The notes under the pieces were generated by a model that made no database searches, was not told the origin of the DNA, and was given only the letters and a program-made list of their open reading frames with translations. Positions 1-15,300 of a stretch of DNA of 64,000 nt are shown in pieces. Position 1 is the first letter of the stretch; every line of letters starts with the position of its first letter. The stretch is from contig OZ365109.1 in assembly GCA_977030845.1 (NCBI GenBank), forward strand, positions 53,320,001 through 53,384,000. Direction: 5' to 3'. The position numbers were made by a program, and so were the translations under genes. This stretch comes from Fimbriosthenelais zetlandica (lineage: Eukaryota).

Positions 1-2309
1 ATATATAGAAATTTATTCATCAGTTGTGTAGAAAGGGGACCTATGAGGCAACTTAGTGTGTCAGTATAATCAGCAAGACTGCATGGACTCAACGTTTGAA
101 TGCATTTATAGATTAATCAAAATCTTCACCACTGAACTGTGACCTTATACATGGCTCAGATGTGCGGATGTTATAATAATTATTTCATACATCACTATAT
201 ATAGTTATTTCCTTTCTATAAACGCCGACCCTTTTTTCCTTATGATCCCTTCTTTGTGTGTAAGCCTACAGTGTGCATATTTGTTTATGTATGAGAACCG
301 TATTAATCTATAATTCTGGGTTAATACATGCATGTCCATGGATTGGACTGTTGGCTCTATTGTCAATGTGTATTGGTCCTATGCCGTTCGTTGTCTAACC
401 ATAAGCTAAGTATTTATTACTTTTACATGGAGGTCAATGTCCTTGCTTGCTTGTCTGGAAGCATTGAAAGATATATCTTGAGATTCATTTGATTCGGGAC
501 AAATATTTTAGGCGCCAATTAAGTGGTTGTACACTGCCAAATACTGGAGCCACCCCCTGTTGTAGCAAAGATGACCTGGGGGCCAATGCATTGGGCCAAA
601 AAGTTGTCATAGTCGCAATTTCTAAGAGCTGGACTGCGTTTCTCCAGGGGATTGTTAGACCGCGCGCCTGATCGCGCATATAGGAAAAGCTGATCAAACA
701 TGCAGGAAAAGTCTTTCACTAGGCTGCAAGTCAATCATTTTAGTATTGCCCATTTAATTCGGTTATTTCTGTTGTGACAGTTTAGTTGGTCAATTGTATT
801 AATTAGAATGTTTTGAAAACATTTCTAAACCATGCATTGCTAAAGAAACTGAGTTTTCTTTTGGCCTCAACTGAACCCTATGTTATATTTCTTTCTCTCT
901 TATCTCGAGGTTTGGCGTGGGTTGTGGGTTGCCCTGGCAAATATACTTTACGACCACTGACTCTTGTATTCCCAAGGCGACCAAGGTCACACAACGCAAG
1001 GTCTGTTTTGTTGCCAGTTTAGCTGGCTGTGGAACTGTATTATAACTATATTGTTCAAGTGATGGCCCATTCTGGAAATGTGTTTTATTTAATTCCAAAC
1101 AATTATATAGTATCTACTGTATCCCATTAGATCCGAGAGATCCCTTAAAATTGATCCGCCTCCATGTAGCCTACTAAGACTTTGTCCTCAGTCTGAGTAC
1201 GTGGGCGTTGTACAATCCCCTCATCAAATGATATTTATAATTATAGCCTGCCTCTGCTTAGTTCATCAATACACATTCTTCTTTAAAGCAGGCCTTCCTT
1301 TTTACCGTCAGAGGAATGTGAGAGGTAAATCCAGTTCTCGGTCGAAACAAAAGTCCTCAATCAATCCAAATAAGCCTTCCTGAGTGCAACATTAGCCTAC
1401 GTCTTAGTGAGTGTGAAATCATCACATCTATATGAACCACAAGAAAGCAAATAGCAAGATTATTCCCGTTCCTTCTCATGCAATCGATGCTTATGGACCT
1501 AGTGGACTGTTTTACAACACCAGGCAACATTTAATTGTCTCAGAATTGTTTACAAATACCATGCATTTTCCCCTACATTTCCCAAACAATTCAATGATTA
1601 TCATATCATTTTCAAAATGAAAGGTCTTATAATTTGGAACATCACCCCCTGCTGATTTGGCTTCGTGGTAACAGTATCGAGTATAGCGCAATGGTTGGCT
1701 TGAGTTGTAGGGTTGTAGAGCATGAGATGGCTGGGATTCAATACTTGGTATGTGTTCCTTGGAGGCCGATACGGTGGGCTCGAGGCCATTGTACCAAGAC
1801 TTAATAGGCTTACATGGTATTCTTTTCCGCATCACTTCACAATCTCCGATGTTTTCTACCGCCCTCTTGGCATCCCTTGGAGACTGGTGGGAATTGAAGA
1901 TGCTAGTTACGTTCTAAGGGGGGAATCCACCATTGGACCATCTGATCAACTGGAAAAATTAACTGGCCACATTTTTACTGTACGCCAATGCATGTTACTG
2001 TTAACCTGTACCGGAATTATGTGATAATTATAGTTGTAGCTATATTTTCTTTATAATGTATTTGCATAATGAGTGGGCTGCTTTTTCATCATAAATAAAG
2101 GACAACAATTCCTATATATAAATACATGTTCACAAAAATTGAGGAACCAAGTTCCTTGTCCTGGCTCCTCAATTTTTCATTTTCAACACTTGCTTTTATG
2201 GTCAGTTTATAAACGTCATGCCTGCGCAGACTTTAACTCAAAATAATATCCTTCAGCCATGATGCAAATCTGGCCGACAGACAAATGACTTGCTCGTGTC
2301 AATAAAAGA

Positions 2310-2900
2310 CAAGCCAAAACCGGAAGTCACAGAGATACTGGGCAGGCGTACGTTAGGGACCAGTCTATCATCTCTGCTCGACATTGAAGTATAGCCACCT
2401 GCCACATCATCCAAAAAGTTTTTAAAACCACCAAACGATGTTGCTTTTTATCTGTCTTCTTTTCCCATGCATATTGCCCGGAAGTCGCTTACGGCCACCG
2501 TAGACCCACTTCCTGTAAACGCCTGGGGACATCTGTTTGCTGATCAAAGAAAATCCGGACGTTTACGAGTTCGTTTTCTAAAGAGAACTTTCGTGGCAGC
2601 CATAGACGACTTTATTTCCCCACATAAAGCAACCGCTGGTACCAATCCCCAACGCAGGCGAGATGCAAATGCTTTATCTTGACATCGAACTTCCATTCCT
2701 GGTCGCGTACTTCTGTCGACCCCCTCAATTTCATCCATGCAATATGATTCATCTAAATCACTTAATGGCCACGTGGGCAGTTAGCACTTTAGCATCGATT
2801 TGTGTCCATAATATTTCAATGTAAGACCATTGACATTTATATCGCCTCATTTAGGGGGATCATCCGTTAATGCTATAAGCGTTCCATGACGTCATCTTAC
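2310..2900. promoter_or_regulatory. possible promoter (CpG-rich, ETS/E-box/CRE motifs)
   Basis: CCGGAAGT at 2320-2327 and 2478-2485, CAGGAAGTG on the minus strand at 2507-2515, CACGTG at 2770-2775 and TGACGTCA at 2887-2894. Local CpG density is visibly higher than in the flanks. No associated gene identified. Confidence 0.35.
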
Positions 2901-5900
2901 AAAGAACTTATTATAAAAGGCCTCACTTGGTCACGGGTAATGACGTCTTAAATTGAGGTTATATGTTTATATTTGTCTATGCATTTAGAACTAATATTAA
3001 TCTATCTCATGTCAAACTACAATTTACATTTCTTTCGTCTCCAACGATAGCGCTTTTGTTTAACAGTACATCGCATATTATGAGGCTGCACTTGTATAAT
3101 TATTTCTGAAATATACACTTGAAATTTAATGTGTGTTTGCCCATTGCATTCTGTGATATTAATAGAATTGCAAAATAGGCTTCATTCAATTGAAGGTATT
3201 GGTGATAGACAAAAGTCTGTCAAATGATTGAATGAATGCGTGGGTGTATCACTTCTATATGTGGCGTTCATGACAAGGGGACCGTTTTAAAAGTAAATTT
3301 TAGTTGGTACATTAGCCCATAGGCTTACCATAGGTTAATGTAGAACAAATTTTGCGATACAGGCCCCTGAAGATGACGGAGTTCACCTCTGGTGTGGTAG
3401 TGACAGGGGTTTGTCACGGAATGTCACCTCGAGCTGACTAACTATTGATCCTTGTGAGACCCCACTACCTCAACCATGACAAATGACGAATGAGATGAAA
3501 ATAGCACCTTCCTATATACAGGCTATTCCTAAGATTAGCAGTTGGCTTTGGATCTTCATTATATTATATATTTGGCTGAATTTGGGTTGTATATATGAGC
3601 ATAATGTTATTAAATGTTTCATTTCTTTCTGTCCACCCCAGTATATTAAGTGACCTCTTCCGCCCAGTCCCATACTTCGGTCACCTTCTGGGACTTATTC
3701 CTAAAGCAGACACCTCCATGTTCATCATCCCCGACCCCACCCATTCTGCATACACACCCCATTACTCCCACCCTCACCCAAGCCCATTCAACCCTTCCAC
3801 CCAGTCCAATATATCCTCCATCGACCCTCAATGTCCCCTGCAATGTCCCTCAACACCAGCCCTTCTATACTGGCTTTGAGCAAAGCTGCCCCGACCTTTA
3901 ATTTGTTCCATGGTGCATGTACATTGCCCACAAAATGTCATGATTGACTGCAGGGTCTGTGGAGGGGATGGGTCTATTTCTGCTTGTCTGCCCTCATTTT
4001 TCCCGAGGACACATCCTATATAGCTATAGGCTACTTGTCTATATTGCAATTCGCTATATACTCACATAGGTAAAAGTCCGTGTCCTCTGAAAGAATGCAC
4101 TTTTGGACGCTGAGAGGTATTTAGAAACCTTGAATTTCTGAATTTAATAGTTTTGCCCCTCCTCCTTGTGGATCGACCACGGCCTGCACACAATAATGAG
4201 GCCCTAGGTCAGGAATGCCATCTGTTTGCTGGGGAATACCCATTCTAGCCGCCCAATATCGCAAGCCTATCAGTGCCTTTGCTGGCTTGGCTGTACGCTT
4301 GACCGCTTGCCGCTGGCTTGTATTGTGTCCCACCATTGACATAGGCCTCCAGCGAATACTGCTACATCCTACCCACTCCCAGTACAAGTTGGCGTTTCAC
4401 TAACAAGGGGCCCTCTCTAATTTTTAAAACTTTAAAAAGAAAGTTCAACCAATTTTGCCATGATAGATAGTCCTGGCATTCATGAGACGAGCTTGGGTGG
4501 GTAGGGGCATATATATGTGGGCACGTTCTGACAGTGAGGATGAATTGGGCGGGTGGTAACACAACTATTCCACTAGGTTTAAACCTAGACTTACCCCGAC
4601 CAAAACATTAGACATTATAATGTCATTAAAATCATACATCAGATTTCTTTTAGATTATTTTATAGATTATATAGAAGAAGACACGCTGTCATCTCATCTA
4701 TTGCCTCTTCCTCATTCTGTTCCTCCCACTTATCTTTTTCTGTGATCGCGCGTCACCTCTTCTTTTCATTCTTTCTATCTACGTGTACTTATTTTCTATT
4801 CCTCTTTTCACAGTCTTGTCTTGCCAAAGTTAGATCCATTATCTTCCTTTATAGCCGTGGGCGGGATTATAAAGATATATTGATCTTGGAGGCGTGTACC
4901 CTGACATCCAGTCGTTGACATCGGTGTAAATCTAAATTGCAGATTTCGGGTGATTTTCTATTCTGACAATGAATTATATCTTCTGTTACAAAAAGATTTA
5001 TGGCGCCATCTCCCAGCACGTGATATATTAGAGACGTCCTAATCTTACTTTAGGCGACCTGCATTCCTTACGATATGCCATACAATGCGATGATACCGGA
5101 CCCTGTTTCATTAAATAATGGAAACAAGGAAAATGTCAAAAAATGACCTCTGTCTAATTTCAGTACGGGAATATTTATGCCTAAAAGTCTCTTTATATTT
5201 CCTTGACTGGCAAATTCAGAATGGCTGTAAGTCGACTTGATTCTGTAGATACATGAGGAGACGGCGCGGCTTGTATATTGGCCGGAGGATACGCTCAATA
5301 TGGCAGGGCGAGCAGGACAGAGTAACTCAGAGATGATGAGCTGCATGGGAAGATAGAGCTCCTGCATTACTTACCCACAGGCCATAAAAGCATGGCAGAA
5401 AAGCAGGGCACAGAAGAATGTTTAGACGTATAATGCATTCAATGGAGTGGTTTATAGAACGCATATAGACGCAGGCCAAAAAACCTCCTGACTCCAGTCC
5501 TGTAAGAAATTCCCTGGGATAATTACGTAGAGGCTGGCCTCCAGCACGGAGTTTAGTCAAATATGCATAGGAGAGTTAATGAAATTTCCTTGGAAAAGGT
5601 ATTATATCGCGGCAATTAAATGCTGAGTCATTCCGATAAAAAATCAAACCGGACTCATATTCATAATAGAGGATCAATTAGTCAGTCATTGATTGCACTT
5701 GGCAATAGACTAGTGAATATTTCATGCATCCCTCTAGTTCTGTATTCTCTTTGAATGGAAAGAACGTATGTCATTAAAGGCTGTAGCTAAATGAAAGTCT
5801 ACAGCATTGCAACGAGGTAACGACATGCCATGCAGACTCTCTCAATGACGATGGTTTAAAATGCCTTACTTGCATGCCTGGGCACCCTTATTGGAACCCA

Positions 5901-6032
5901 TGGCAGATGTCTGGTGGAATGGAAGGACGATGAAGACTGAGGTTTACTTAAATTAAATATCCCTGTAGATATATATCCCTGTTCTATACTTCCTGGCATA
6001 TATTATATGCAGATTGAGGCATACATGTACAC

Positions 6033-6357
6033 CACCGCGGTGGTGTAGTGGTTAGAGTGTCCGCCCCGTGTGTGGAAGGTCGCTGGTTCGAACCGCGGCC
6101 GGGTCATACCAAAGACTGAAAAAATGGGACTAGTGGCTCCCTCGCTTGGCACTCAGCATAAAGAGGACAGTGCTAGGACTGGTCAACCCGGTGTCAGTAT
6201 AATGTGACTGGGTGAGATATCATGTCATGTGCCTGCGACGTGATACCTCAGTGAGGCAGCACTATAAAAGAGCATTGGGCTCACTGTCACAAGTAGGCAC
6301 CGTCATGATATAACTGAAAAATTGTTCAAAAGTGACGTTAAACCCCATTCAATCACA
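6033..6357 (+). mobile_element. tRNA-derived SINE, full length, probably of the Meta-domain type
   Basis: A box TGGTGTAGTGG (6041-6051) and B box GGTTCGAACC (6085-6094). Central GGGTCATACCAAAGACT...GCTTGGCACTCAGCAT resembles the MetaSINE core as I recall it. Flanked by 8-bp direct repeats ATGTACAC (6025-6032, 6358-6365). Confidence 0.85.
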
Positions 6358-9300
6358 ATGTACACATTGAGAATTTTAGGGACTTCTCAGATAAGAAGGC
6401 TGGAGGGTGGTTGAGGGAGGCTAAAGAAAAAGGGGGCCAGAAACACTTCCATGCAAGAAGTTGTTGCTATAAATTAAATAAGCTATTGTTATGAAACAAA
6501 CGATCCCCTGTTTGGACACATTTCAGCATTTAATATTTATCCCATGTGATAAAGGATGAGGGGATGGAATAGACGGAGATCCGAGTCCAGAGTAGTTATA
6601 ATCACTATAGTTAGTGAGCTGATGCGAGTAGGTCGGCGTAGCGGCCAGTTTATAACCTATTTATTGCACCTCGGTACAAAATTTAGTTTTGCTTTTGCTA
6701 TCCAAAACACAAACTAGCTTTACATGATATTTACAGGCCAAGTAATCTTTGTAAGATTTGTATATGCATGCATCATTATACAATGTAGTTCAATTATGGA
6801 CCTCTATACTTATTACAGAATCGTAGAAATTCCCCAAGTATTTGTAATAACCCCAATTAACGCCCATGAGCTCATTCTATAGCAGCAGGCCATTATAATG
6901 GATGGGCTAGATGAATGAGGCTCCATGCAACCAGCCCATTAGTGCCTATTGTAATAAGTAATATACAGGCATGTCTGTGCCTGGCACTGAGAGTGCAACC
7001 TCAGCAAAAGCTAGGTGACCGTGATTTTCCGACAATCGGTACTTGATCATTGAAGCCTGGTTATATAATATCTGTGGCCATAATATCAATGCAGTTATAG
7101 GCTTAATAATAAGTAAAAGCTTTGAAAAAAAGTATGCATTATTATGGGACATATTTTGAATTGGGTCTTGTTATGGAAATCTATGGAAAGACCAAAACAA
7201 CTCGCATGATATACAATGGGTCAATCATTTTATATCTATTATGGATTAAAACCTACATAATAGCACATAATTGCTGTATGACTGAATCTTTTGATCAACT
7301 TTATATGGAAGTCATTAAAACGATTTTAACCCAGTGCCGGTAGGGATTTGCCCGCCATTCTCTGCAGATGAATACACCACCGTGAATTCCCATAGAGTTA
7401 ATTACATGGGCGATAATAGAGCTTTTCAGAAATGTCAACGTAGTAAAGCCGGGATTTAGTTTAATAACGAGCCCCGGGAGAAGTTTTACACGTTGCAAAG
7501 CGAGCATTCTCTCTAAATCAGAGCAGATCATACCCGTCCCTGGAATAATTCTTCCTCCTCCCTAATCAATGACAAACAAGCTGCTCCTTTCTATTTTTCC
7601 GCGCCTCCGCGCGACAGTCGATGAAATGACTGTCTGATATGACGGTTTCTTTTATTATCGTCATGGCGTGAGGGCCTGAATTATCGTCAGTTGAGACTGT
7701 TCACTGGACGCGAGGAAACCTTCCTCATTACGTCAAATGATTATGACGTCACAAAGCTACCAAGAGAAGTCAATCTAATTGAGAGGATTCTTCATGCCTT
7801 TTCTCTTTAGTTGCCCCCTTTCCGATCTCTGGACGAAAAAGGAGCCTGATAAATTGTGTCAACTGTAGTATCTTTTGCGTTTTAGGCTTCCTCGAGCTAA
7901 TTACTCTTGGGCTGCCTTAACCAAAGAAGAATGGAGTTTGCTATACGCCTAGCTAGGATTTTACTAGCTTGATTGTTATATACGCCCTCCCTTACATTCA
8001 GCGTTGCAATGAACAAAGAGATATAATGGCTATTCAAACGACATAAATGGCTTTTCTTCAGTCAGATCCATCTTGTTTGGAATCATTTCAATAAATTACA
8101 GCCTCTGATTCATTGGATCTGTACATATAAGAAGGTTATAGAGGGCTTAGGTCAAATCGATTTGTCTATTATGAGTTCTGAGAAAGTACCTTTCCATTAG
8201 GACTGGAAATAGGAAGGCTTTATGTCTTTCTACCATCGTACCACGCCATCTGTTTCCCAATGACCCCATATTGTACTCCCCCTCATCTTAGTGATCTCCT
8301 GAGGATCCTTTTCTTGACGATGCAAGTCCTTCTTTTAAACAACAACACAGGAATCCCGACAAAACATGTCTCCTTACCTACAATACCCTCAGCTCTACTG
8401 CTTATTTCAGACACGTGGCCTTCAACATCCGGCCTTATTTATTTTAGGCCAAAGATCAATATCTCTTATTTCCACTCTACCTGTCATTGGCATTGTATTA
8501 CTCTTTAAAATGACTCGGTACATTCTTCTCTAAAATCAGAAATGAATCCTGCCTCCTGAATAAAAGTGCATTGTTCGGTCAAAGCCAATAATAGGGACCT
8601 CACATTTAATTGATAAACCTTATAATGCCCTCTACACAATTGCTGGTATGCCGGGTGGTATTATATACCTTTAATGAACCTACACTGACTGCGACCTTTG
8701 GTCACTTGCGTTAAGGACAATATTGCCCGCCTCCAAGACAGTGTTCTGAGCTATTCAGATATCCGATTGAGGTAGAATCTGATATCGAACAAAATGTATA
8801 GTAGGTTGCAAAAACCTCTGCTAGGTATGACATTTTGGAAGAATTCAGTTAGTTAATACTTTCTTTACATTATCCCCTTATTCTAATTCCTGTCGGGACC
8901 ATTTTATGAATAATATTCAAATCTTGTCAATGGAAAACTATGGTTTTGTTAGTGCATAGTTGTCTTGAAACAGGTCCATGCAGTTTGGGTATTCATATTT
9001 GGCCCGAGGGACAAGAGAAAGGGAGAGGGCATGAAAAAGAAGAGGAGTGGAAGCAATGGTGGTCACGAACAGTTCAATCACAACAATTTCAATCACTTCT
9101 GAGCTGATGTGAGCAGATCATATGTTTGATTAAGTTCAAGTTCATAATTAAATTTTGCCTTATAAATTGGATGATCTGATAAGGGCAGCCTGCCCCTGGT
9201 AGAAACTTGCACATCTACAGTAATCGCAAATTTGAATAAATTATTTTCAGGTTTCGTACTTTTTTTGCGTTATATGACGTCTGACGTACACACTGAAAGG

Positions 9301-12300
9301 ATGACATTTCTGGAGGAAGGGTTAAGCCTCCTGAGATGTCAGGAGCCACCAGCCCTCCTGTGGATTGATCTTATCAAGTTTTCTTGAAGAAATCAATAGC
9401 TTTTGTTACATTTACTCTCTCCCATCAGGAAATATGTGAACATATATATATATATACTGACTTCGTTGATACATAATATAGAACTTCTGTGTATTTTTCT
9501 CTACTGTGGAGAATAAAATTGCCCATGGCTGTGATAGATATGGCAAAATAGGACAGAAAATATGATAACAATTTTGCAAATTCAAAGAATTTTATTGTTT
9601 CGTAATATTTTGAATTTGACTTCAAAGATTTTAAAAAAGCTTCTTTCACACATGCGATACACATATAGATACAATCATACCAGTACCTTGCCTTGTCTTA
9701 TAACTAGTCTTTTCGGCCCTTTCCACATTGTTCAGGCACTGTGCATCACTATAACATAATAGGGCATCACTATAAAATAATAGGGCATCTGCCCTTCATG
9801 CCTAGCAATGAGCATCCCTGCATGCATCGGCTCAACATAATATTATCACTATCTCAATATATTGGCCTGTGTTCTCCAATGCCCCAAGATCCGTGAGGAA
9901 AATCTATATCAATATATATCAGGCCTATGTCTTTCTTTGGGGGCATTGCGTATCACTATATGATGCCTTCTCATTGAGCCTGTGACCTCTAATACTCCAG
10001 GGGCATTTAGAATATCTCCATTTTAACTGGGCTGTTCTCTATAGGTCTACCATGTGTTGGTTCATATAGTAATCATATTTAAAGCAAGAGAGTAGAGGTA
10101 ATTCCTGTGGGTAGGGTTTTTTCTACATTTTGTCCTCTTCTACTTTGTGCCATTGTCATGGCTGGTCGGTTCAATATAATATACTGTTGTGGCGACAGTT
10201 GCTGCGATTTTGCACTGACATCAGTATAGGGAAAAGGGACTCAGTAAGGTTTAGATGATGTCGCTCGGTATCAAAAACCTGTGTTGGGTATTCAGTTAGA
10301 TGTGTTATAGTGACTGCTGTGGAACAGCACTTAGAAATATAAGTGCTGGATCGTTTAATGATAAATTCCACAGATAAATAGATAGGTCTGTGTAGGCCTA
10401 CAGCTTGGCCAAATGAATGTCATGTATATCATAAATATTCCTTTGGAAAGGCACTATGTTTTGTGAATGTAGAACAAGAGAAAACACAGAAACACAAAAA
10501 CACTTAACCTAATCCTTTCCTCAAAGATTAGTTCACGTCATTGAGCTACTCTGAGCTACTCTGAGCTAATGCCCCTCATAATGACATGCCTATAATTCTG
10601 TGCAACTACTGAGGCTTCACTGCCAAATCTAATAAGTTCATTCAACAACTTTTAAAAGGATAGGCTCTTCCATCGTTTGACCGGGGATCAAGCATTACAT
10701 AGAGACCCATGAAAGAATCATGAAACGGAGGAGTCATGCTAATGGATAAGCAAAGGAATGTATAATTCCCATGGGAAAGACTCGATTGATTCTTCATAAC
10801 AGCGAACCATGTGGAGAGTGCACAGACATGATCTTATCTGACAATATACCTTTGTTCATGTGCCATCCATTCCTCGGCTATAATAGAAGTATGCGGAGAA
10901 ACATCGATAAAATGTGGTAAAAATCACATCCAACAATAAACATCCACAATCGATATATTTCGCCTCATCAGTTCTAATAGCTCTCAGAGCCTCGGGTGGT
11001 TAGGGTATTGATTAGTTGGGAAAGAAGCCAACACTCACACCATCAGCTTTTATGCGAGGTAGAATGTCTTGGACAGGATTTTTTGCTAAAATCAAATATC
11101 CTTGAATCAAGATGATGAGGCTCTTTTTCTCCTATGATGCCTTCTCAAAATGTCGATTTTCGTAGGGTATAACTTTTTAATTACCTCCAATGGGATGACC
11201 TAGAATTGAGACGGGATGTTGACAATATGGAGTTGGTGTTATGATTCTGTGATCCAAAGATTTAACTAAATGTCTGTGCGGCACGCAAAAAGGCAGAATT
11301 TAAGAACAGTCCGTCTTCTCTCACGTGTATTGATTTGGTTTCCTGTTTAATTCGGTAACCCAATCCACTTTTCACCTTTGAATTTTACCCTACTCCATTT
11401 TAAGGCTCTTCCCTTTTGTGTACATAACTTTACTGAATCAACAACCGAGTGTATTCCAAAGCTACAGATTTAAATATAATGAAGTAGACACTATAGAAAG
11501 GAATGAAGATGTAGATTTAAAGAAGATTAGAACAAATCAGTTTTTTTAGCTTAGTGTATTATGTTTTTAAACCTTTACCGTTGTGAGCAAAAGTGTGAAG
11601 AGTTTGTGCAAATTGTGTCAGAACAAGGAGCTTCTCAGGCGAACTAATTACCTCCTCGACCCAGATAAACCCAATACCATTTGACACCAAAGTGACAAAT
11701 ATTTGCACTTCCTGGACAATTAGCTCTGGTCTTGTCATCTGGATTAGCTTTCATTGTAGTTGAATAAAAAGTGTACGTGAAAATAATATTTACTTTGGGC
11801 TTTGCTGGTTCTCTGTGCTGATGACAATGACCCGAGAAAAATGGTCCCATGATAGGAGAGATCAGGTTGTGGTTCCCATTGAAATTCCATGGCACATGAG
11901 ATGTTATGATGAAATATTTGAATGCATTTGTGGAGGCCCCTTGAATATAGATTCATTTCAATTAACATGAACACGACCATTTTGCCTAATACATTTTTAT
12001 AGATCGATGCATAATTTATTTTGGTATTTAATCTAATATTTCAACTACATAAAAGCCTCCTCATTTGTACCATGTACATTTTTTGTGATGTCAGTTCAAA
12101 GTCGACCCCCAACCCCCCAACAAAACCCAAACAAAACAGTCTCTTGTCATATTTAATTGTTGTCTGATCGTCCCATCTGGTATATAGTTCACAATGTCAA
12201 ACATCCTTGTTATTCCATGCACGTTGTAGCTACAATTCCTTTGGCTGAGATAAGTCCAGTGCCATCCTGCAGAATGCTGTCATGCATGCAATGATAAGGC

Positions 12301-15300
12301 CATGTGCTCGATCAATATGCAGACTGGTGCTGGAGGGTAGTATTAGGTCGCCAATGGCTCGAGCTTCTCCAATAATACTATACCAACTCCCTATACCAGT
12401 CAGTGAGCCACTCATGCAAGCTGGCTTATGATGATAGCCCGCATCTTCAATTGACCTCCCTCCCTTGTATATTGTTACTTATATCCCTCCTCTACCGGAT
12501 GATACCAGGGAGGGATGTCATTTATAAAGAATAACACTCAAACTTATATTTCTCTTTTACTTGTGGTAAACAAGGTAAGAATGGCTATATTATATGCTTA
12601 AAGTATATTATAAAAGTATATCTGCAATATACCCACATAATATATGCCGTACCCTGATGCAGACCACGGTGTACTATTAATTATTTAATTTGACTATGGT
12701 TTGTTTTACAATTCGACTCGCCCTTCTCCCAAGACCACCCTTCCAACCATTCAATCCCACTTTGAGCCCCACACGATACTTACGACCCCACTCTCCCACA
12801 TTTCCTTTCAAAGTCCACTATCTGATGCTTCGCTTTGGTAGCGATTGAGAGGGCTGAGATATCTGATGCCAAGGGGCATTGTTGGTATTCTACACAGGCA
12901 GAGTAGCTGTGAATGACTAGTTTAGCCTCCATCTATGTTACAAAGCCAGACCTCCCAGGGCTTAAACACATCCTGGCCGGCATATGGTATAAGTCTCCCC
13001 CTGGATAAACACTGCACAATTGAATTTAATCGCTATGATAGATCTACTAAATGGAGTCAATGGCTATTCCTCGTTAATACAAGGGCCAGGGCAATGGGTT
13101 TTTAGTTAGGTACAAAGTGTTAGAAGAAAAAAGAGTGCCTGCTGCAAGAGCGCTTGGCCGGAAGCTCTTGGATTTTAATTGACGATCCCGATTAAAATGG
13201 CCAATGGAAACCTATAAATTTCACTGAAGGTGGTTGCATTGATAAAAGTTCTCCTCCTGATCCTCAACTGTGAGATATACCATTGTCAAACAGCTATTAT
13301 TGATCCGGCAGGATCTGAAACTGACTAATTAACATTGCCAAAATGCATGGCATTGCATTAAATGTATATTCTTTAAATTGAAATTATGAACGACATTGAA
13401 CAAACATTCCTGGGCAAAATAATAATTACTGTTTGGAGACAAATTATATTGGTAAGATATATTGTGCAAAGCCATGATTGAAATTTGAATTTCCACTTGA
13501 GATACAGTTTTATTTTCACCCAGAGCTGCTCAATAAGCAGACCTTCTAACGGAGCACTATCTCCCCCTAGTGTTAAACGACAACAGCGAGAATTAGGTCT
13601 GTACTGTGCTTTGAGCATTACTACAATTTGCCTGAATATCCACATTCTTCAGATGCATGTGCAAACTTTGTTTGCACTTTGTATTCATTGGGTCATTCAA
13701 CCCATTTGTTGCTAAATTGTTCTGGTGCTATTTAGAGCACTGAAATAACTGAGTCACAAGAAACCATTTGTCTAGATATATAGATCGTTATGTTTCGATA
13801 GACAAATAGACAAAATACAGCATTTAAAATTGATTTGAAAGCATTTATTTGTTCGGGGTAATTACACATATAACCATTCGTCACCAGTTAAAAGATTAAT
13901 TCATCCAAACCAAGTTGATAAAGGAATCGCAATGATTATAAGTGACCGACGTCATCTAATTTAATAAGGAAATCACAGACACGTTACAAAGTAGTACAAC
14001 TATAGATGGTTAGTAATGAGATATCCAGCACTGGAGGTACGAAATTGGAAATTTCTTAGGAACACTGGGCGAGCTGAATTAAATAGCTTTAATAATAAGA
14101 AGTACCAACCCTATATCCACTGTGAGGGTGGCACGACCAATGCATTAACCAGTACTTCTGAGTGTAGTTTTGTATCGAGCTATTATTCCCATATGGAATT
14201 CTTATTTGACATTCATAGAATGCTCTGTATAATAAATTGTTTTGGTCCAACCAAGCAGGATCAATCGTAACCCTAATAACGAATATCGGAGATTTTACCT
14301 AAATTGGATTTCGGCTTTCATTCAACACATGAATTCTTGCTTGCTATGACTGTAGCAGAGGTAGGATGTGAACATCAAGATGTTGATGAAAAAGTCTAAG
14401 CTATATCTAAATATCGGCCCAGAGTCTCAGAATTACGGTTGACACATTTGCTGGTCGATTGAAAGACTTTAATTCTGCATATTTAACTTCACAGATATGA
14501 ACTGAAATGCAACGCATTTTAAAGTATTTGCAGATGATATCAAACGCCACAGTGGATATCTTCCATTACTAGATAAGTAAGTTTGGACCATCTACATCTT
14601 GCAATTAAGAATACAGCAAATGTACATGCAAACTACAGTAAAATAAGGAATCAGTAGAAAAACGGGGAAAGACAACTGACATGATGAGAAGTTCTACAAT
14701 ATTTCATTGAATATCAGACATTATGGTTTCGTTGCATTTGAATCATGGGTTAATTTCGTTGTGGTGCATAATCATTATGTGAATCAATTAGGTTTGGGAG
14801 AACACATTCTGGCACTTGAGAATATCGTATACATGTCGAGCACCACTCAGATAGCAATCGATCTATCCACCTTCTAATTATGTATCTTTAAATGAATCCT
14901 TCCGGCTACAGGATTGCAATATAATCATCTTAGCTTAATCTCATTCGATAAGTGTGTCTCTTCTTTTCTAATTTTACAAATTGTGTTCAAATCAAAAAGT
15001 GTACAACCCACGGTGCTTTAACATAATATGCAACAGAGCTGTGTGTATTTGCTTTCGTTACACTCTTTCAATACTTATTACCTTTTTGAAGTGACTGACA
15101 TGATTAAAATCAAGTTAAAATCAATATTGTTCTAACATTATGACAGGATTGTTAATATCATGCAGTAAAGAACTCTGTTCATCATGGTAAAGAAGTAATA
15201 TTAGAAACAACCAAGTACACAGAATATAATGGAATGACAATAGTCTGGTCATAAGAATCCTTCACATCGTGACATCAGAAGCAATGTAGCCTTTGTATAA

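Noticed and set aside
6033-6105. tRNA gene
   Set aside because: A/B boxes are present but there is no proper cloverleaf. It continues into a SINE body with tail and TSD.
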